DNA from: Fidelibacterota bacterium
GTDB taxonomy: Bacteria > Fidelibacterota > JAANXI01
NCBI GenBank assembly: GCA_021734025.1
Contig: JAIPJS010000003.1
Span: 92,332-156,331 of the forward strand
DNA: 64,000 nt
Direction of reading: 5' to 3'
A program made the position numbers and the translations under genes. Positions 50,004-59,657 of this stretch are shown one piece after another. A model generated the notes under the pieces. The model searched no databases, had not been told where the DNA came from, and worked only from the letters and a program-made list of their open reading frames with translations. Each line of letters opens with the position of its first letter. The stretch's first letter is position 1.

Positions 50004-50690
50004 ATGTTCATTCTCTGGACAATGTTAGCGATATTTCTGGTGATATTACTCCTCCCGGTGAAGTTTTCCGCGGAATGGAATCGTGAAAATCCGGAAGACT
50101 CCCATACGTTAGAATTTCGGATTTCGTGGATGGCAATTCTGCAATTTTACGGGACGGTTGATAGTCTGTCCGGGCAGGATTTCTCGCTGAGAATCTTTGG
50201 GTATTTAAAATCTCTGGAAAAAGAGTTGCCCAGGGAAGAGGATAGTGTTGACGAGGCGGAGGAGCCGGAAGAACCACGGAAGCCACTACAAAAAAATCTG
50301 CGAAAAAAATATATTAAATTCCGAAAGTATTTCGGCATCGCCGAGGTGAAAAAAGTTCTGCGCCTTGTCCCGGATCAAATCTGGCATTTTTTGCATATTA
50401 AACAACCGGAGGTAGCAGTGGTATTCGGAGTCGGCGAACCCCACAAAACAGGACTCATCATGGGCTTAATTCACAGCTCGGGAATCTTGCGAAAGATAAA
50501 CGGGACAATTACTCCGGATTTTCTCGCTGAGACTATGTACGGGAATGTCAGATTCCGCGGATGGATAATCCCCGGAGAGATAATTGGAAGACTGGTTTTG
50601 ATTGTTTTTACTGTAATTTCACTTGGCATTCGACATCGAATTGGCGTAATATTTTACAGTTCGCGACAAAAAGGAATATCGGCTACATAA
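50004..50690 (+). CDS. DUF2953/YtfI-like membrane protein
   Basis: 228 aa. N-terminal TM. Lies immediately upstream of a YtfJ/GerW-family gene, as in the Bacillus ytfI-ytfJ pair. Confidence 0.5.
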   Translation: MFILWTMLAIFLVILLLPVKFSAEWNRENPEDSHTLEFRISWMAILQFYGTVDSLSGQDFSLRIFGYLKSLEKELPREEDSVDEAEEPEEPRKPLQKNLRKKYIKFRKYFGIAEVKKVLRLVPDQIWHFLHIKQPEVAVVFGVGEPHKTGLIMGLIHSSGILRKINGTITPDFLAETMYGNVRFRGWIIPGEIIGRLVLIVFTVISLGIRHRIGVIFYSSRQKGISAT

Positions 50691-50714
50691 ATCGGACAAC
50701 GAGGAGATGAAAGT

Positions 50715-51116
50715 ATGATCGAAGAACTAATTAAATCCGTTTTACCGGAACTCAGGCAAATTGCGAAAGGGCAGACTGTTGTGGGCGAACCTATACAGGC
50801 TGGTGACTCTACTGTAATTCCGGTATCAAAAGTGTCGGTCGGATTCGGCGCCGGCGGCGGTGGCTCGGAAAAGGACAACGGACAGGGTAGCGGCACCGGT
50901 GGTGGTGCTTCAATTGAGCCGGTGGCGTTTATCGTGATTACGGATGGCAAAGTTCAGCTCGTGCCGTTGACGTCCAAAGATACAACCATCGGTAAGGTGA
51001 TCGATATGGTTCCGGAAATCCTGGATCGGGTCGGGTTGAAGGGGCAGGGTCCGAAGCAATCCGACGAAGAAACGCCCGATGATGAACCTGTTGAAGAGGA
51101 AGGTTCAGACGGATAA
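50715..51116 (+). CDS. GerW/YtfJ family protein
   Basis: 133 aa. Gly-rich segment GFGAGGGGSEKDNGQGSGTGGGASIEPVAFIVITDGKVQLVPL, characteristic of the Spore_YtfJ/GerW family. Confidence 0.7.
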   Translation: MIEELIKSVLPELRQIAKGQTVVGEPIQAGDSTVIPVSKVSVGFGAGGGGSEKDNGQGSGTGGGASIEPVAFIVITDGKVQLVPLTSKDTTIGKVIDMVPEILDRVGLKGQGPKQSDEETPDDEPVEEEGSDG

Positions 51117-51182
51117 TCAAAAGCGCTTGCTTTTAAAATTTACGCCCTCTATTATCTTTTAAACCAACCAGAGGAAACCTTT

Positions 51183-51860
51183 ATGGATACATCAATTCTT
51201 GCAACCGTTCCTATATTTGCTGATTTGGATGAGGACGCACTGGATAAGATTGCTGAACTGATGCGGAAGCGGACTTATCCAAAGAATAAAATGATACTCA
51301 TGGAAGAAGACGAGGGGGACACGCTGTTCGTGATCGACGAAGGCAGCGTGAAAATCACTCGCATTAGCGAAGATGGCCGGGAAGTAATTCTCTCCATGCT
51401 AAACGCCGGAGATTTCTTTGGTGAAATGAGTATTTTTGACGGGGAATCCCGATCGGCAAATGTCGTAACCCTGGAAGAATCCGATGTTTTTCTTCTGAAA
51501 CGCGCCGATTTTCTTCATCTACTGGAAAAATATCCAAAAATATCAGTATCCCTGCTGCAAGAACTGGCCAGCCGGCTGCGTAAATCCGATGAGCTTATCG
51601 AGAGCCTGAGTCTGAGCGATGCCGAAAACCGGATTGCCCTGACGCTGCTGCGTCTGGCGGACGATCTCGGCATATATAAGGCTGGGAAAGTTGAAATTGA
51701 TAACCTGCCGTACCAGCAAGATATTGCCAATATGGCCGGGACCAGCCGGGAGACAGTGTCCCGGACGCTGAAGCTCCTGGAAGATAAGGGATTTATCGCC
51801 AAGGATGGGCATAAGGTCGTTATTCATGATTATAACGAATTTAAGAAGCATTTTAGTTAA
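51183..51860 (+). CDS. Crp/Fnr family transcriptional regulator
   Basis: 225 aa. cNMP-binding domain (GDFFGEMSIFDG..RSANV) and C-terminal HTH (QQDIANMAGTSRETVSRTL). Confidence 0.85.
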   Translation: MDTSILATVPIFADLDEDALDKIAELMRKRTYPKNKMILMEEDEGDTLFVIDEGSVKITRISEDGREVILSMLNAGDFFGEMSIFDGESRSANVVTLEESDVFLLKRADFLHLLEKYPKISVSLLQELASRLRKSDELIESLSLSDAENRIALTLLRLADDLGIYKAGKVEIDNLPYQQDIANMAGTSRETVSRTLKLLEDKGFIAKDGHKVVIHDYNEFKKHFS

Positions 51861-52042
51861 ATCCAGTTCGACAGATTTTATTAAACTAACATAGTGTAGG
51901 GATGCACCACTCTTTTTCTCTACTCAAATAAAAATCGACCGCACTGTTCTTCGGCCTGGTTGCTTACATGGCAATGAACTGTGGGGTGAATTTACGGTCA
52001 TACATCTTGTAACCCGCACCGCATATACCTATCTTACTATCT

Positions 52043-52717
52043 ATGGAAGTCCATAACCGTGAACATATCGCCGCGGAGGCGAAGGGCGAATCGCCGTTGG
52101 GACGAGCCTGGGTTGAAATCAAGAATCTTCCTAGAAGACTAGTCCACGATTTCAAAGCGATTGCCAAAAATGATCCTGCTGCAAAAAACCCCATAGAAAC
52201 GTTTTTCGTCCATACACCTTACCACGCGATTGTGATGTACCGGATCACCCATATCCTGCATATCCTGAAGGTCCCCATTTTGCCGAGATTTCTGGCCACG
52301 CTTATGCGGTTTTGGAGCGGACTGGAAATCCATCCTGGTGCTAAGATTGGATGCTGTTTTTTCATCGATCACGGAACCGGAGTGGTCGTCGGCGAAACAG
52401 CGGAAATCGGGCATCGATGCGTTATTTTTCACAATGTAACGCTGGGAGGGACAGGACACCACAAGGGTAAGCGTCATCCGACGATCGGCAATGACGTCCT
52501 GCTTGGAACCGGCGCCACACTTCTGGGACCGATAAAAGTCGGTGATAATGTAAAGGTCGGCGCCGAAACCGTAGTCATAAACCGCGATATTCCGACGAAT
52601 TGCACTGTTGTCGGTGCTCCCGGAAAAATAGTAAAGCGAAACGGCAAGCATGTCCACGAGGACCTGCCTGAGGCCGAATACCACCTCAAGCGGAAAGTCC
52701 GCGCCTCAGCAGCATAA
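52043..52717 (+). CDS. cysE: Serine O-acetyltransferase
   Basis: 224 aa. SATase N-terminal helical domain and hexapeptide repeats (IHPGAKIGCCFFIDHGTGVVVGETAEIG...NVTLGG). Confidence 0.8.
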   Translation: MEVHNREHIAAEAKGESPLGRAWVEIKNLPRRLVHDFKAIAKNDPAAKNPIETFFVHTPYHAIVMYRITHILHILKVPILPRFLATLMRFWSGLEIHPGAKIGCCFFIDHGTGVVVGETAEIGHRCVIFHNVTLGGTGHHKGKRHPTIGNDVLLGTGATLLGPIKVGDNVKVGAETVVINRDIPTNCTVVGAPGKIVKRNGKHVHEDLPEAEYHLKRKVRASAA

Positions 52718-52795
52718 TCCACATCTTATTCAGGATATATCGAATAATTTCCCGTATTGATTTTATCCCCGGGTTCGAAGTATCTTTGCCTTCAT

Positions 52796-53212
52796 ATGTT
52801 TTCGCATACTTCGCACATCAGAGTACTCTATGGCCACGTAGACAAGATGGATTTCGTCTATTACGGCCGGTATTTCGAATATTTTGAACACAGCCGGAAT
52901 GAGCTGCTTCGGGCATTGGATCTGCCATATACCAAAATCGAAGAAAAACAGATCCGTCTTCCGGTCATTGAGGCCCACGCCAACTACCGATCGGCAGCAA
53001 GGTTTGATGATCTCATCAACATAAAAGCGACAGTTGCAGAGATGCCCAGGGCCCGGATTCGCATCGAATACGAAATTACCAATGAAGCCCAAGAACTGCT
53101 CATTACCGGGCATACCGTCCATAGCTTCTTGAATTCCAGGGGAAAACCAACGCGTGTTCCGGACGTTCTAAAGCAAAAACTACTACCACACTTTGAGGAG
53201 AGCAATGGGTAA
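52796..53212 (+). CDS. Acyl-CoA thioesterase, hotdog fold (YbgC/4HBT-like)
   Basis: Start taken at the internal MFSHTS. VLYGHVDKMDFVYYGRYFEYFEHSRNE matches the 4HBT-family N-terminus. Confidence 0.65.
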   Translation: MFSHTSHIRVLYGHVDKMDFVYYGRYFEYFEHSRNELLRALDLPYTKIEEKQIRLPVIEAHANYRSAARFDDLINIKATVAEMPRARIRIEYEITNEAQELLITGHTVHSFLNSRGKPTRVPDVLKQKLLPHFEESNG

Positions 53213-53879
53213 CGAACTACTGTTTCTTATTATGAGTTTGATAGGATTGGTGTTCACCCTGTTCTGTTTTCGGATGGGACGGATCTGGCTTTATGCGTAT
53301 GTGGGAGTCGCTATTGTACTCGCCAATATATTCGTAACCAAGCAGATCATGCTATTCGGACTCTCCGCAACCGGCGGGAATGTCATGTATGGAACCATTT
53401 TCCTGGCAACGGATCTTCTGAGTGAACACTACGGTAAATTTTACGCGCGCCGGGCGGTTTTTATCGGATTTTTCGCCGCCATTATCTATCTGGTCATGTC
53501 GCAGTTAATGACGGCGTTCACACCGGCAGAGTACGATACCGTGCACAACGGGATGCAATCTATCTTCAGTTTTGCACCGCGTATCATTCTGGGAAGCTTG
53601 ACAGCCTATCTCGCTTCACAACTCTATGACGTTTGGTTTTTCCATTTTCTCAAAGAAAGGACTCAGGGGAAATTACTCTGGTTCCGGAACAACCTCTCCA
53701 CCTGGGTGAGCCAACTTATCGATTCGGTTATATTTACGCTTGTCGCGTTCTTCGGTACATTCGAGTGGAGCGTCATCCTGCAAATTATCCTGACCACCTA
53801 TGTCCTGAAAATTATCATAGCAGCTATCGACACACCGTTTATTTATCTGAGTTATAAAATTAAGCCACAGGGAGAGTAA
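53205..53879 (+). CDS. yhhQ: Queuosine precursor transporter (YhhQ/VUT family, DUF165)
   Basis: ATG at 53205 follows a GAGGAG ribosome-binding site. Multi-TM protein with the conserved GNVMYGTIFLATDLLSE block. Confidence 0.7.
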   Translation: MGNELLFLIMSLIGLVFTLFCFRMGRIWLYAYVGVAIVLANIFVTKQIMLFGLSATGGNVMYGTIFLATDLLSEHYGKFYARRAVFIGFFAAIIYLVMSQLMTAFTPAEYDTVHNGMQSIFSFAPRIILGSLTAYLASQLYDVWFFHFLKERTQGKLLWFRNNLSTWVSQLIDSVIFTLVAFFGTFEWSVILQIILTTYVLKIIIAAIDTPFIYLSYKIKPQGE

Positions 53880-54319
53880 TGCAGAAGGTTTCCGGCGGAT
53901 ACATTCTGAAGTTAACTGTCTCCAAAGAAACAGAAATCCAGGTAGGGAAACTCGGCCTGATGGAGTTAACACCAGGGGAATACTTGTACGGAGGATCAGC
54001 AAAAAAAGGAATTGTATCCCGGATAAACCGGCATATGGAGCCTGAAAAAAAACGGTATTGGCATATTGATTATCTCACGACGCATCCAGGCGTGGACATT
54101 GAAGAAGTCTGGTGTTTCCCGGGACAGTCGGAGATTGAACATCAGTTGGCCGATCACTCGCAGGCCGGAATTGATAGCATCCTCAGAGGCTTCGGAAATA
54201 GTGATTGTGCACAGGGCTGCCCGGCACATCTCTGGAAAGTTACTGGAGAGATTTCCCCAGAAGATCTCTCGGAAGATTATTATATTGTGACGCACGCGCA
54301 AACGTATGCAACCTCGTAA
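53879..54319 (+). CDS. DUF123-type GIY-YIG nuclease superfamily protein
   Basis: 146 aa. YLYGGSAKKGIVSRINRH...YWHIDYL pattern of the DUF123/URI-like family. Confidence 0.55.
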   Translation: MQKVSGGYILKLTVSKETEIQVGKLGLMELTPGEYLYGGSAKKGIVSRINRHMEPEKKRYWHIDYLTTHPGVDIEEVWCFPGQSEIEHQLADHSQAGIDSILRGFGNSDCAQGCPAHLWKVTGEISPEDLSEDYYIVTHAQTYATS

Positions 54320-54331
54320 CATCGGAGCATT

Positions 54332-55975
54332 ATGAGAACTATCGGCACGCCGGTTTCGGACTGGGATCAGGAACAATATTCAGCGAACCGAACCTATATG
54401 GAAGAACTGCTTCAGGAGATTGATGCACAGGAGAGCCAGTTGAAGCTCGGTGGTGGCCAGCAGCGTATAGATCGCCAGCATTCCAAGGGCCGTCTTACCG
54501 CCAGAGAACGAATTAACCTGCTCACAGATGAGGACTCTGAATTTACCGAGCTCAGCATTTTTGCGGCCTGGGAGATGTATGAAGAATACGGTGGGGCGCC
54601 AGCATCGGGAACAATAACCGGTGTAGGAATTGTGGCAGGCAAGGAAACCGTCATCGTTGCCAATGATGCCACGGTCAAGGCGGGCGCGTATTTCGAGGTG
54701 ACCCTGAAAAAGACACTCCGGGCCCAGGAAATCGCGCTGGAGAATAATTTACCGATTGTCTATTTGGTTGATTCGGCCGGAGTCTTCCTGCCACTGCAGG
54801 ATCAGGTGTTTCCGGATGAAAAACACTTTGGACGGATTTTCTTTAATAATGCACGGCTCTCAGCAGAAGGCGTTACCCAGATAGCAGCAGTGATGGGCCC
54901 ATGCGTAGCCGGTGGCGCGTATCTCCCGGTCATGTGCGACAAATTTATCATGGTGGAAGGCGCCAGTATGTTCCTCGCCGGGCCGGCCCTGGTGAAGGCA
55001 GCCATCGGCCAGGACATCGATGAGGATACCCTGGGCGGTGCAACGACGCATAACGCAATTTCCGGAACGGCCGATTATCACGAGGAAGATGACGAATCAG
55101 CACTCAACAGAGTACGGGAAATCCTCCGGACCATCGGACCGACAGACCGGGCGCCGCTGAATAAAAGGGAGTCCGCGTCGCCAACATATGATGCAGATGA
55201 GCTCAACGGCATTATACCTGAGGAGGGCGGCGTGTATGATATGAACGAAGTTATCGCCCGGATTGTGGATAACAGTGAATTCAACCCGTACAAGGATGAA
55301 TACGGAAAGACGCTCATATGCGGACATGCACGCATCGGCGGGTATTCGGTAGGAATCGTTGCGAATCAGAAAACGGTAGTAAAGACCGAAACCGGCCAGA
55401 TGCAGATGGGAGGTGTGGTTTACAACGATAGTGCTGATAAGGCCGCCCGATTCATCATGAATTGCAGCCAGGACAGGATTCCCCTGGTATTTCTCCACGA
55501 TGTGAACGGTTTTATGGTTGGTCGGGACGCGGAACACGAAGGTATCGCCAAAGATGGAGCCAAGATGGTGAATGCCGTCTCCAATGCCGTGGTACCGAAG
55601 TTTACGGTGGTGATCGGCGGCTCGTACGGTGCCGGTAATTACGCCATGAGCGGTCGGGCATACGATCCCCGGCTGATGCTGGCGTGGCCGACGGCCCGTA
55701 TCGCGGTGATGGGCGGGGAATCCGCTGCGAAGACGCTGGCCCAAATTCGCCTGGCCAGGATCGATAATCCCACAGAAGAGCAGCGCCAGGAAATCCTGGA
55801 CGAAGTTCGGGAGATCTACGAAACCCAGAGTGATCCCCGCTACGCAGCCGCCCGGATCTGGATCGATGCGATTATACGACCAGCGGAAACCAGGGACTGG
55901 TTGATCCGCGGACTGAACATGGCCATGCACCAGCCGAAGATGCCGTCGCCGAAATTTGGGGTGTTGCAGGTGTGA
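54332..55975 (+). CDS. Acyl-CoA carboxylase carboxyltransferase (beta) subunit, methylcrotonyl/geranyl-CoA carboxylase type
   Basis: 547 aa. Tandem carboxyltransferase N and C halves, with similarity to MccB/AtuC/PccB. Confidence 0.85.
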   Translation: MRTIGTPVSDWDQEQYSANRTYMEELLQEIDAQESQLKLGGGQQRIDRQHSKGRLTARERINLLTDEDSEFTELSIFAAWEMYEEYGGAPASGTITGVGIVAGKETVIVANDATVKAGAYFEVTLKKTLRAQEIALENNLPIVYLVDSAGVFLPLQDQVFPDEKHFGRIFFNNARLSAEGVTQIAAVMGPCVAGGAYLPVMCDKFIMVEGASMFLAGPALVKAAIGQDIDEDTLGGATTHNAISGTADYHEEDDESALNRVREILRTIGPTDRAPLNKRESASPTYDADELNGIIPEEGGVYDMNEVIARIVDNSEFNPYKDEYGKTLICGHARIGGYSVGIVANQKTVVKTETGQMQMGGVVYNDSADKAARFIMNCSQDRIPLVFLHDVNGFMVGRDAEHEGIAKDGAKMVNAVSNAVVPKFTVVIGGSYGAGNYAMSGRAYDPRLMLAWPTARIAVMGGESAAKTLAQIRLARIDNPTEEQRQEILDEVREIYETQSDPRYAAARIWIDAIIRPAETRDWLIRGLNMAMHQPKMPSPKFGVLQV

Positions 55976-55984
55976 AGACATTGG

Positions 55985-56047
55985 ATGAAAACGGGAATAA
56001 GGTATAGAGAAAAATGGAGTCCGGAGAAAGGGAAGCAACCGGATAAA
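55985..56047 (+). repeat. Degenerate head of the composite repeat family plus hairpin, immediately 3' of the carboxyltransferase gene
   Basis: gggaataaggtatagagaaaaatggagtccggagaaagggaag resembles the GGTATAGG/GGAGAAG head. Followed by the imperfect hairpin gaagcaaccggataaacggttttgcttc. Confidence 0.35.
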
Positions 56048-56112
56048 CGGTTTTGCTTCAAATGTAATCAATCTCATACAGCCCCTTAGGGGATGAGTAG
56101 GAAAGAAATCCA

Positions 56113-57477
56113 TTGAAAGATAAGGTACTCATAGGCAACGGACAGGGATTCTGGGGAGATTCAATCCTCGGTCCCATTAGATTGGTCAGAGAAGGGCCGC
56201 TGGACTACCTCACGCTGGATTATCTAGCTGAGGTGACCATGAGCATTATGCAGAAGCTAAAATCCCGGGATCCGGAGAAAGGGTACGCCACCGATTTCGT
56301 CCGGATGTTGGACCGGTTGCTTCCTGAAATTGTTGAAAATGATATTAAAGTAGTGGCCAATGCCGGCGGAGTAAATCCCGAAGGTTGCGTCAACGCCATT
56401 GCTGAGGTGGCCAAGAAACATGGTATCTATAATCTGAAACTGGCGACCGTTACCGGTGATGATATCTACGGTAAAATCGACGGGTACATGGATGAAGGTG
56501 AGAAATTTCTAAACATGGATACTGACGAGCCGTTGGATAGGATCAAAGATCTGGTGACCAGTGCCAACGTCTACCTTGGAGCATTTCCGATAGCCGAAGC
56601 CCTGAGTGATGGGGCGCAAATCGTGGTGACGGGCCGGTGTACCGATCCGTCCTTGGCCCTCGGGCCGATGATTCATGAATTCGGCTGGACGCCAGAAGAT
56701 TACGATCAGCTGGCGGCCGGAACCGTCGCCGGTCACATCCTGGAGTGCGGTGCCCAGGCTACCGGAGGCATCTATACGGATTGGCAAGAACTGGAGAATC
56801 TTGCCATGATCGGTTACCCCATCGTTGAAGCTATGCCATCCGGTGATTTCACGGTGACGAAGCACGACGGTACCGGGGGCGTTGTGAATTTTCAGTCGGT
56901 CAGTTCCCAGCTGGTGTACGAAATGGGCGATCCCAGGGAATATCTTACTCCCGATGTCATTGCGGATTTCACTTCTATAAAACTAGATGACCTCGGCGAT
57001 AACAAAGTGCGCGTGTATGATATCGCCGGGAAAAAGCCGACGGACACTCTCAAAGTTTCCATGAGTTATTCCCGTGGCTGGAAAACCGTAGGCCAAATTA
57101 CCGTTGCCGGCCCGGATGCAATTGAGAAGGCCAAACTGGCGGCGTCGATGGTATGGAAGCGGCTGGAATACGACGGCACATCATTCGGCGAAGATCAGAA
57201 AATCGTGGAAGTACTAGGCACAAACGTTTGTCATACGGGAATTATGGAGTCGCCTCAGGAACCCGGGGAAGTGGTGTTGCGTATCGGTGTAGAAGACGAC
57301 GATCGCGAAAAGGTTGCCAGATTTGGTACTGAATTGGTCCCCCTGGTCACCAGCGGTCCGCCGGGAGTGACGGGGTTCGGCGCCGGCCGGCCGAAGCCCA
57401 GTGAAATTATAAGCTACTGGCCGACGCTTATTTCCAAAGAAAGAATTGAACCCGAAGTACAACTCATGACGGTGTAA
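56113..57477 (+). CDS. AtuA-like protein (DUF1446, acyclic terpene utilisation family)
   Basis: 454 aa. N-terminus LIGNGQGFWGDSILGPIRLV...LDYLTLDYLAEVTMSI is characteristic of DUF1446. Confidence 0.7.
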   Translation: MKDKVLIGNGQGFWGDSILGPIRLVREGPLDYLTLDYLAEVTMSIMQKLKSRDPEKGYATDFVRMLDRLLPEIVENDIKVVANAGGVNPEGCVNAIAEVAKKHGIYNLKLATVTGDDIYGKIDGYMDEGEKFLNMDTDEPLDRIKDLVTSANVYLGAFPIAEALSDGAQIVVTGRCTDPSLALGPMIHEFGWTPEDYDQLAAGTVAGHILECGAQATGGIYTDWQELENLAMIGYPIVEAMPSGDFTVTKHDGTGGVVNFQSVSSQLVYEMGDPREYLTPDVIADFTSIKLDDLGDNKVRVYDIAGKKPTDTLKVSMSYSRGWKTVGQITVAGPDAIEKAKLAASMVWKRLEYDGTSFGEDQKIVEVLGTNVCHTGIMESPQEPGEVVLRIGVEDDDREKVARFGTELVPLVTSGPPGVTGFGAGRPKPSEIISYWPTLISKERIEPEVQLMTV

Positions 57478-57482
57478 ACTTT

Positions 57483-59003
57483 ATGCCTAAACAAGATGTC
57501 ACAGAAGTTATTCAGCAGTATAACGGCGAGCTTAATCCCGAAGCCGGGGCGACAGCAATTATTCTGGCTGCGGGGCACGGAAAGCGCATAAAATCCCAGC
57601 GATCGAAAATGTTACACAAGATCTGGGGTAAGGCGACGGTCGAGCGTGTATCGAATGCAGCACGAAAGGGACTTTCTGGCGCGAATGTCTGTATTGTCGT
57701 TGGAATCAAAGCGGAAAGTGTCATAAAGACGGTCGGAAAACGGGATCAGCAGGTCTTCGTCTACCAGGAAGAGCAAAATGGGACGGGGCATGCGGTGCAG
57801 GTCGCTCTGGACGCGATGCCGGAGTTCATTCAAAAACAGAAAATTTACGTTTTCCCCGGGGATATTGGCCTGCTCAGAGATTCCACGGTAAAATCATTTC
57901 GTGAAGACTTTCGTGATTCCGGAAAGGATATGATGGTTCTTACCGGCCGATATGAAGGAGATCCTGCGGAAAACTACTATGGCAGGATTGTCCGGGTACC
58001 TGATGATGATCAGAATAAGAATGCCGGTAATGTCATCAAGATTATGGAAAGCAAAGATATTCAGGCGCTGGATTCTGACGAGCCATATCCGTTGGAATAT
58101 GACGGGAAGACGTATGAATTTTCACGACAGGAACTCCTGGAAATCCCCGAGTTTAACACGGGTGTGTTTGCCTTCAACGGAGTACCTTTAAACGAGAACA
58201 TTGCCAACCTGGATGCGAACAACGTACAGGGAGAACTCTATATCACCGATCTGATCGGAATTTTTAATAGGAAAGGTCTCTCCGTAGGTGCCGTGACCGC
58301 CCTGGAGAACCGGGATGTTCTCGGATTCAATAACAAGGCGGTTCTGAAGGAGATGAATTCGCTTTATCAGCAGGACGTCTATAACCAGTTGAAAAACTTG
58401 GTGCGGTTCCGGGATCCGGACGACTTTTTCATCAATGACGAGACGGCAGAAAAGCTCATTCAGATGGACGTAAACGGGACGACTCTTGATCTTACAATCG
58501 GGAAGGGAGTCTACATCAATGGGAAATTTGAGTTCGGGGCCGGCGTGGAACTCAAAGACGGAGCGCATATCACCGGGAATGTTGAATTTGGCAATAATGT
58601 CACTATCCACAAAGGTGTGGAACTGAGTACATATCCGGATCAGACACTCACTATCGGCGACAATACCATCATTTTTCAGGATAACATAGTGAAAGGCAAC
58701 ACCTCCATCGGAAGCCAGTGCCGAATTGAGTCTGGTGTAAACGTCACCGGCAGCGACAGATATCCGACCCGCATCGGTAATCGGGTGATGATTAAGGGGA
58801 CCTCTTACATTTTTGGTTCCATTATCGAGGAAAATGCCTGGATCGAGCACTGCATTCTGAAAGCGAAGCGTGTCCACTGCCATTACGATCGCAATGGGGA
58901 CGTGGCGCCAGTTCGCTATGTAATCCCACAACCGGAAGGGCTGGACGACGTGGAATCCATTGGCGACGATCGGGAGGAGTATACATGGCCACCATCAAAT
59001 TAA
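57483..59003 (+). CDS. GlmU-like bifunctional protein: N-terminal sugar-1-phosphate nucleotidyltransferase domain plus C-terminal left-handed beta-helix (hexapeptide) domain
   Basis: 506 aa. ILAAGHGKRIKSQRSKMLHKIWGKA, QEEQNGTGHAV, NTGVFAFNG and GELYITDLIGIF parallel E. coli GlmU blocks. The C-terminal LbH repeats are divergent from GlmU. Confidence 0.55.
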   Translation: MPKQDVTEVIQQYNGELNPEAGATAIILAAGHGKRIKSQRSKMLHKIWGKATVERVSNAARKGLSGANVCIVVGIKAESVIKTVGKRDQQVFVYQEEQNGTGHAVQVALDAMPEFIQKQKIYVFPGDIGLLRDSTVKSFREDFRDSGKDMMVLTGRYEGDPAENYYGRIVRVPDDDQNKNAGNVIKIMESKDIQALDSDEPYPLEYDGKTYEFSRQELLEIPEFNTGVFAFNGVPLNENIANLDANNVQGELYITDLIGIFNRKGLSVGAVTALENRDVLGFNNKAVLKEMNSLYQQDVYNQLKNLVRFRDPDDFFINDETAEKLIQMDVNGTTLDLTIGKGVYINGKFEFGAGVELKDGAHITGNVEFGNNVTIHKGVELSTYPDQTLTIGDNTIIFQDNIVKGNTSIGSQCRIESGVNVTGSDRYPTRIGNRVMIKGTSYIFGSIIEENAWIEHCILKAKRVHCHYDRNGDVAPVRYVIPQPEGLDDVESIGDDREEYTWPPSN

Positions 59004-59335
59004 AGAAGATCGCCTTTGCACGGTCAGGGGACAAGGGTACCGGCAGCAATGTTGGTGTCGTGGCCCGAAGCGAAGCGGCGTATGCAATTATTAAGAAGTA
59101 TCTGACCCCGCCGGTGGTGAAAGAGCATTTCCATAAAATTTGCAAAGGGCCGGTCGACAGGTATGATCTTCCGAATCTCCGTGCAGTCAACTTCATCCTA
59201 CACGATTCTCTGGGTGGCGGCGGTTCCGAGAGCATGAAGACCGATGCCCAGGGAAAAGCGCACGGTCTGGCCATGCTGGAACTGACGCTGAAGATTACTA
59301 ATGAAGAGTATGAACAATTAGGGTTAAAAAAATAG
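58985..59335 (+). CDS. DUF4387-like small protein (the usual partner of DUF1446)
   Basis: 116 aa. Overlaps the preceding gene by 19 nt. Recalled as the family commonly encoded next to AtuA/DUF1446. Confidence 0.5.
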   Translation: MATIKLKKIAFARSGDKGTGSNVGVVARSEAAYAIIKKYLTPPVVKEHFHKICKGPVDRYDLPNLRAVNFILHDSLGGGGSESMKTDAQGKAHGLAMLELTLKITNEEYEQLGLKK

Positions 59336-59657
59336 CCATTCCATATTTTAGGATCCAAAAGCCTTCATTTAATTGCCAAAACATGAGGTTTTACACTTGA
59401 TTCATTAATAGAGCATATTGACTTGCCAGCCTTGACTTTTTCCCACTTTTGGGTCAAGCAAGAAGTGGAATAGTTAAGTAGACTAAAATAGAGTGAAACC
59501 TTGACCAATAAGCCAACTATTTTCACTAAGATATTGGAAAATAAATTTTTTTGACTTCTCTTTTGTTCGGAATTCCCTCTTGATTTTAAGAGCCATTCAA
59601 CTAAAAAAGTGATTGTCAATTCAATACCGAATTACATGTATTCATAAGGAATAATCC

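Noticed and set aside
55097-56113. 338-aa antisense ORF opposite the carboxyltransferase gene, plus similar long antisense ORFs at 58188-58931, 22097-22780, 6077-6721 and 24533-25192
   Set aside because: Each overlaps a + strand gene that has strong family-level homology. The antisense translations have no recognisable motifs and a proline/arginine-rich composition typical of shadow ORFs.
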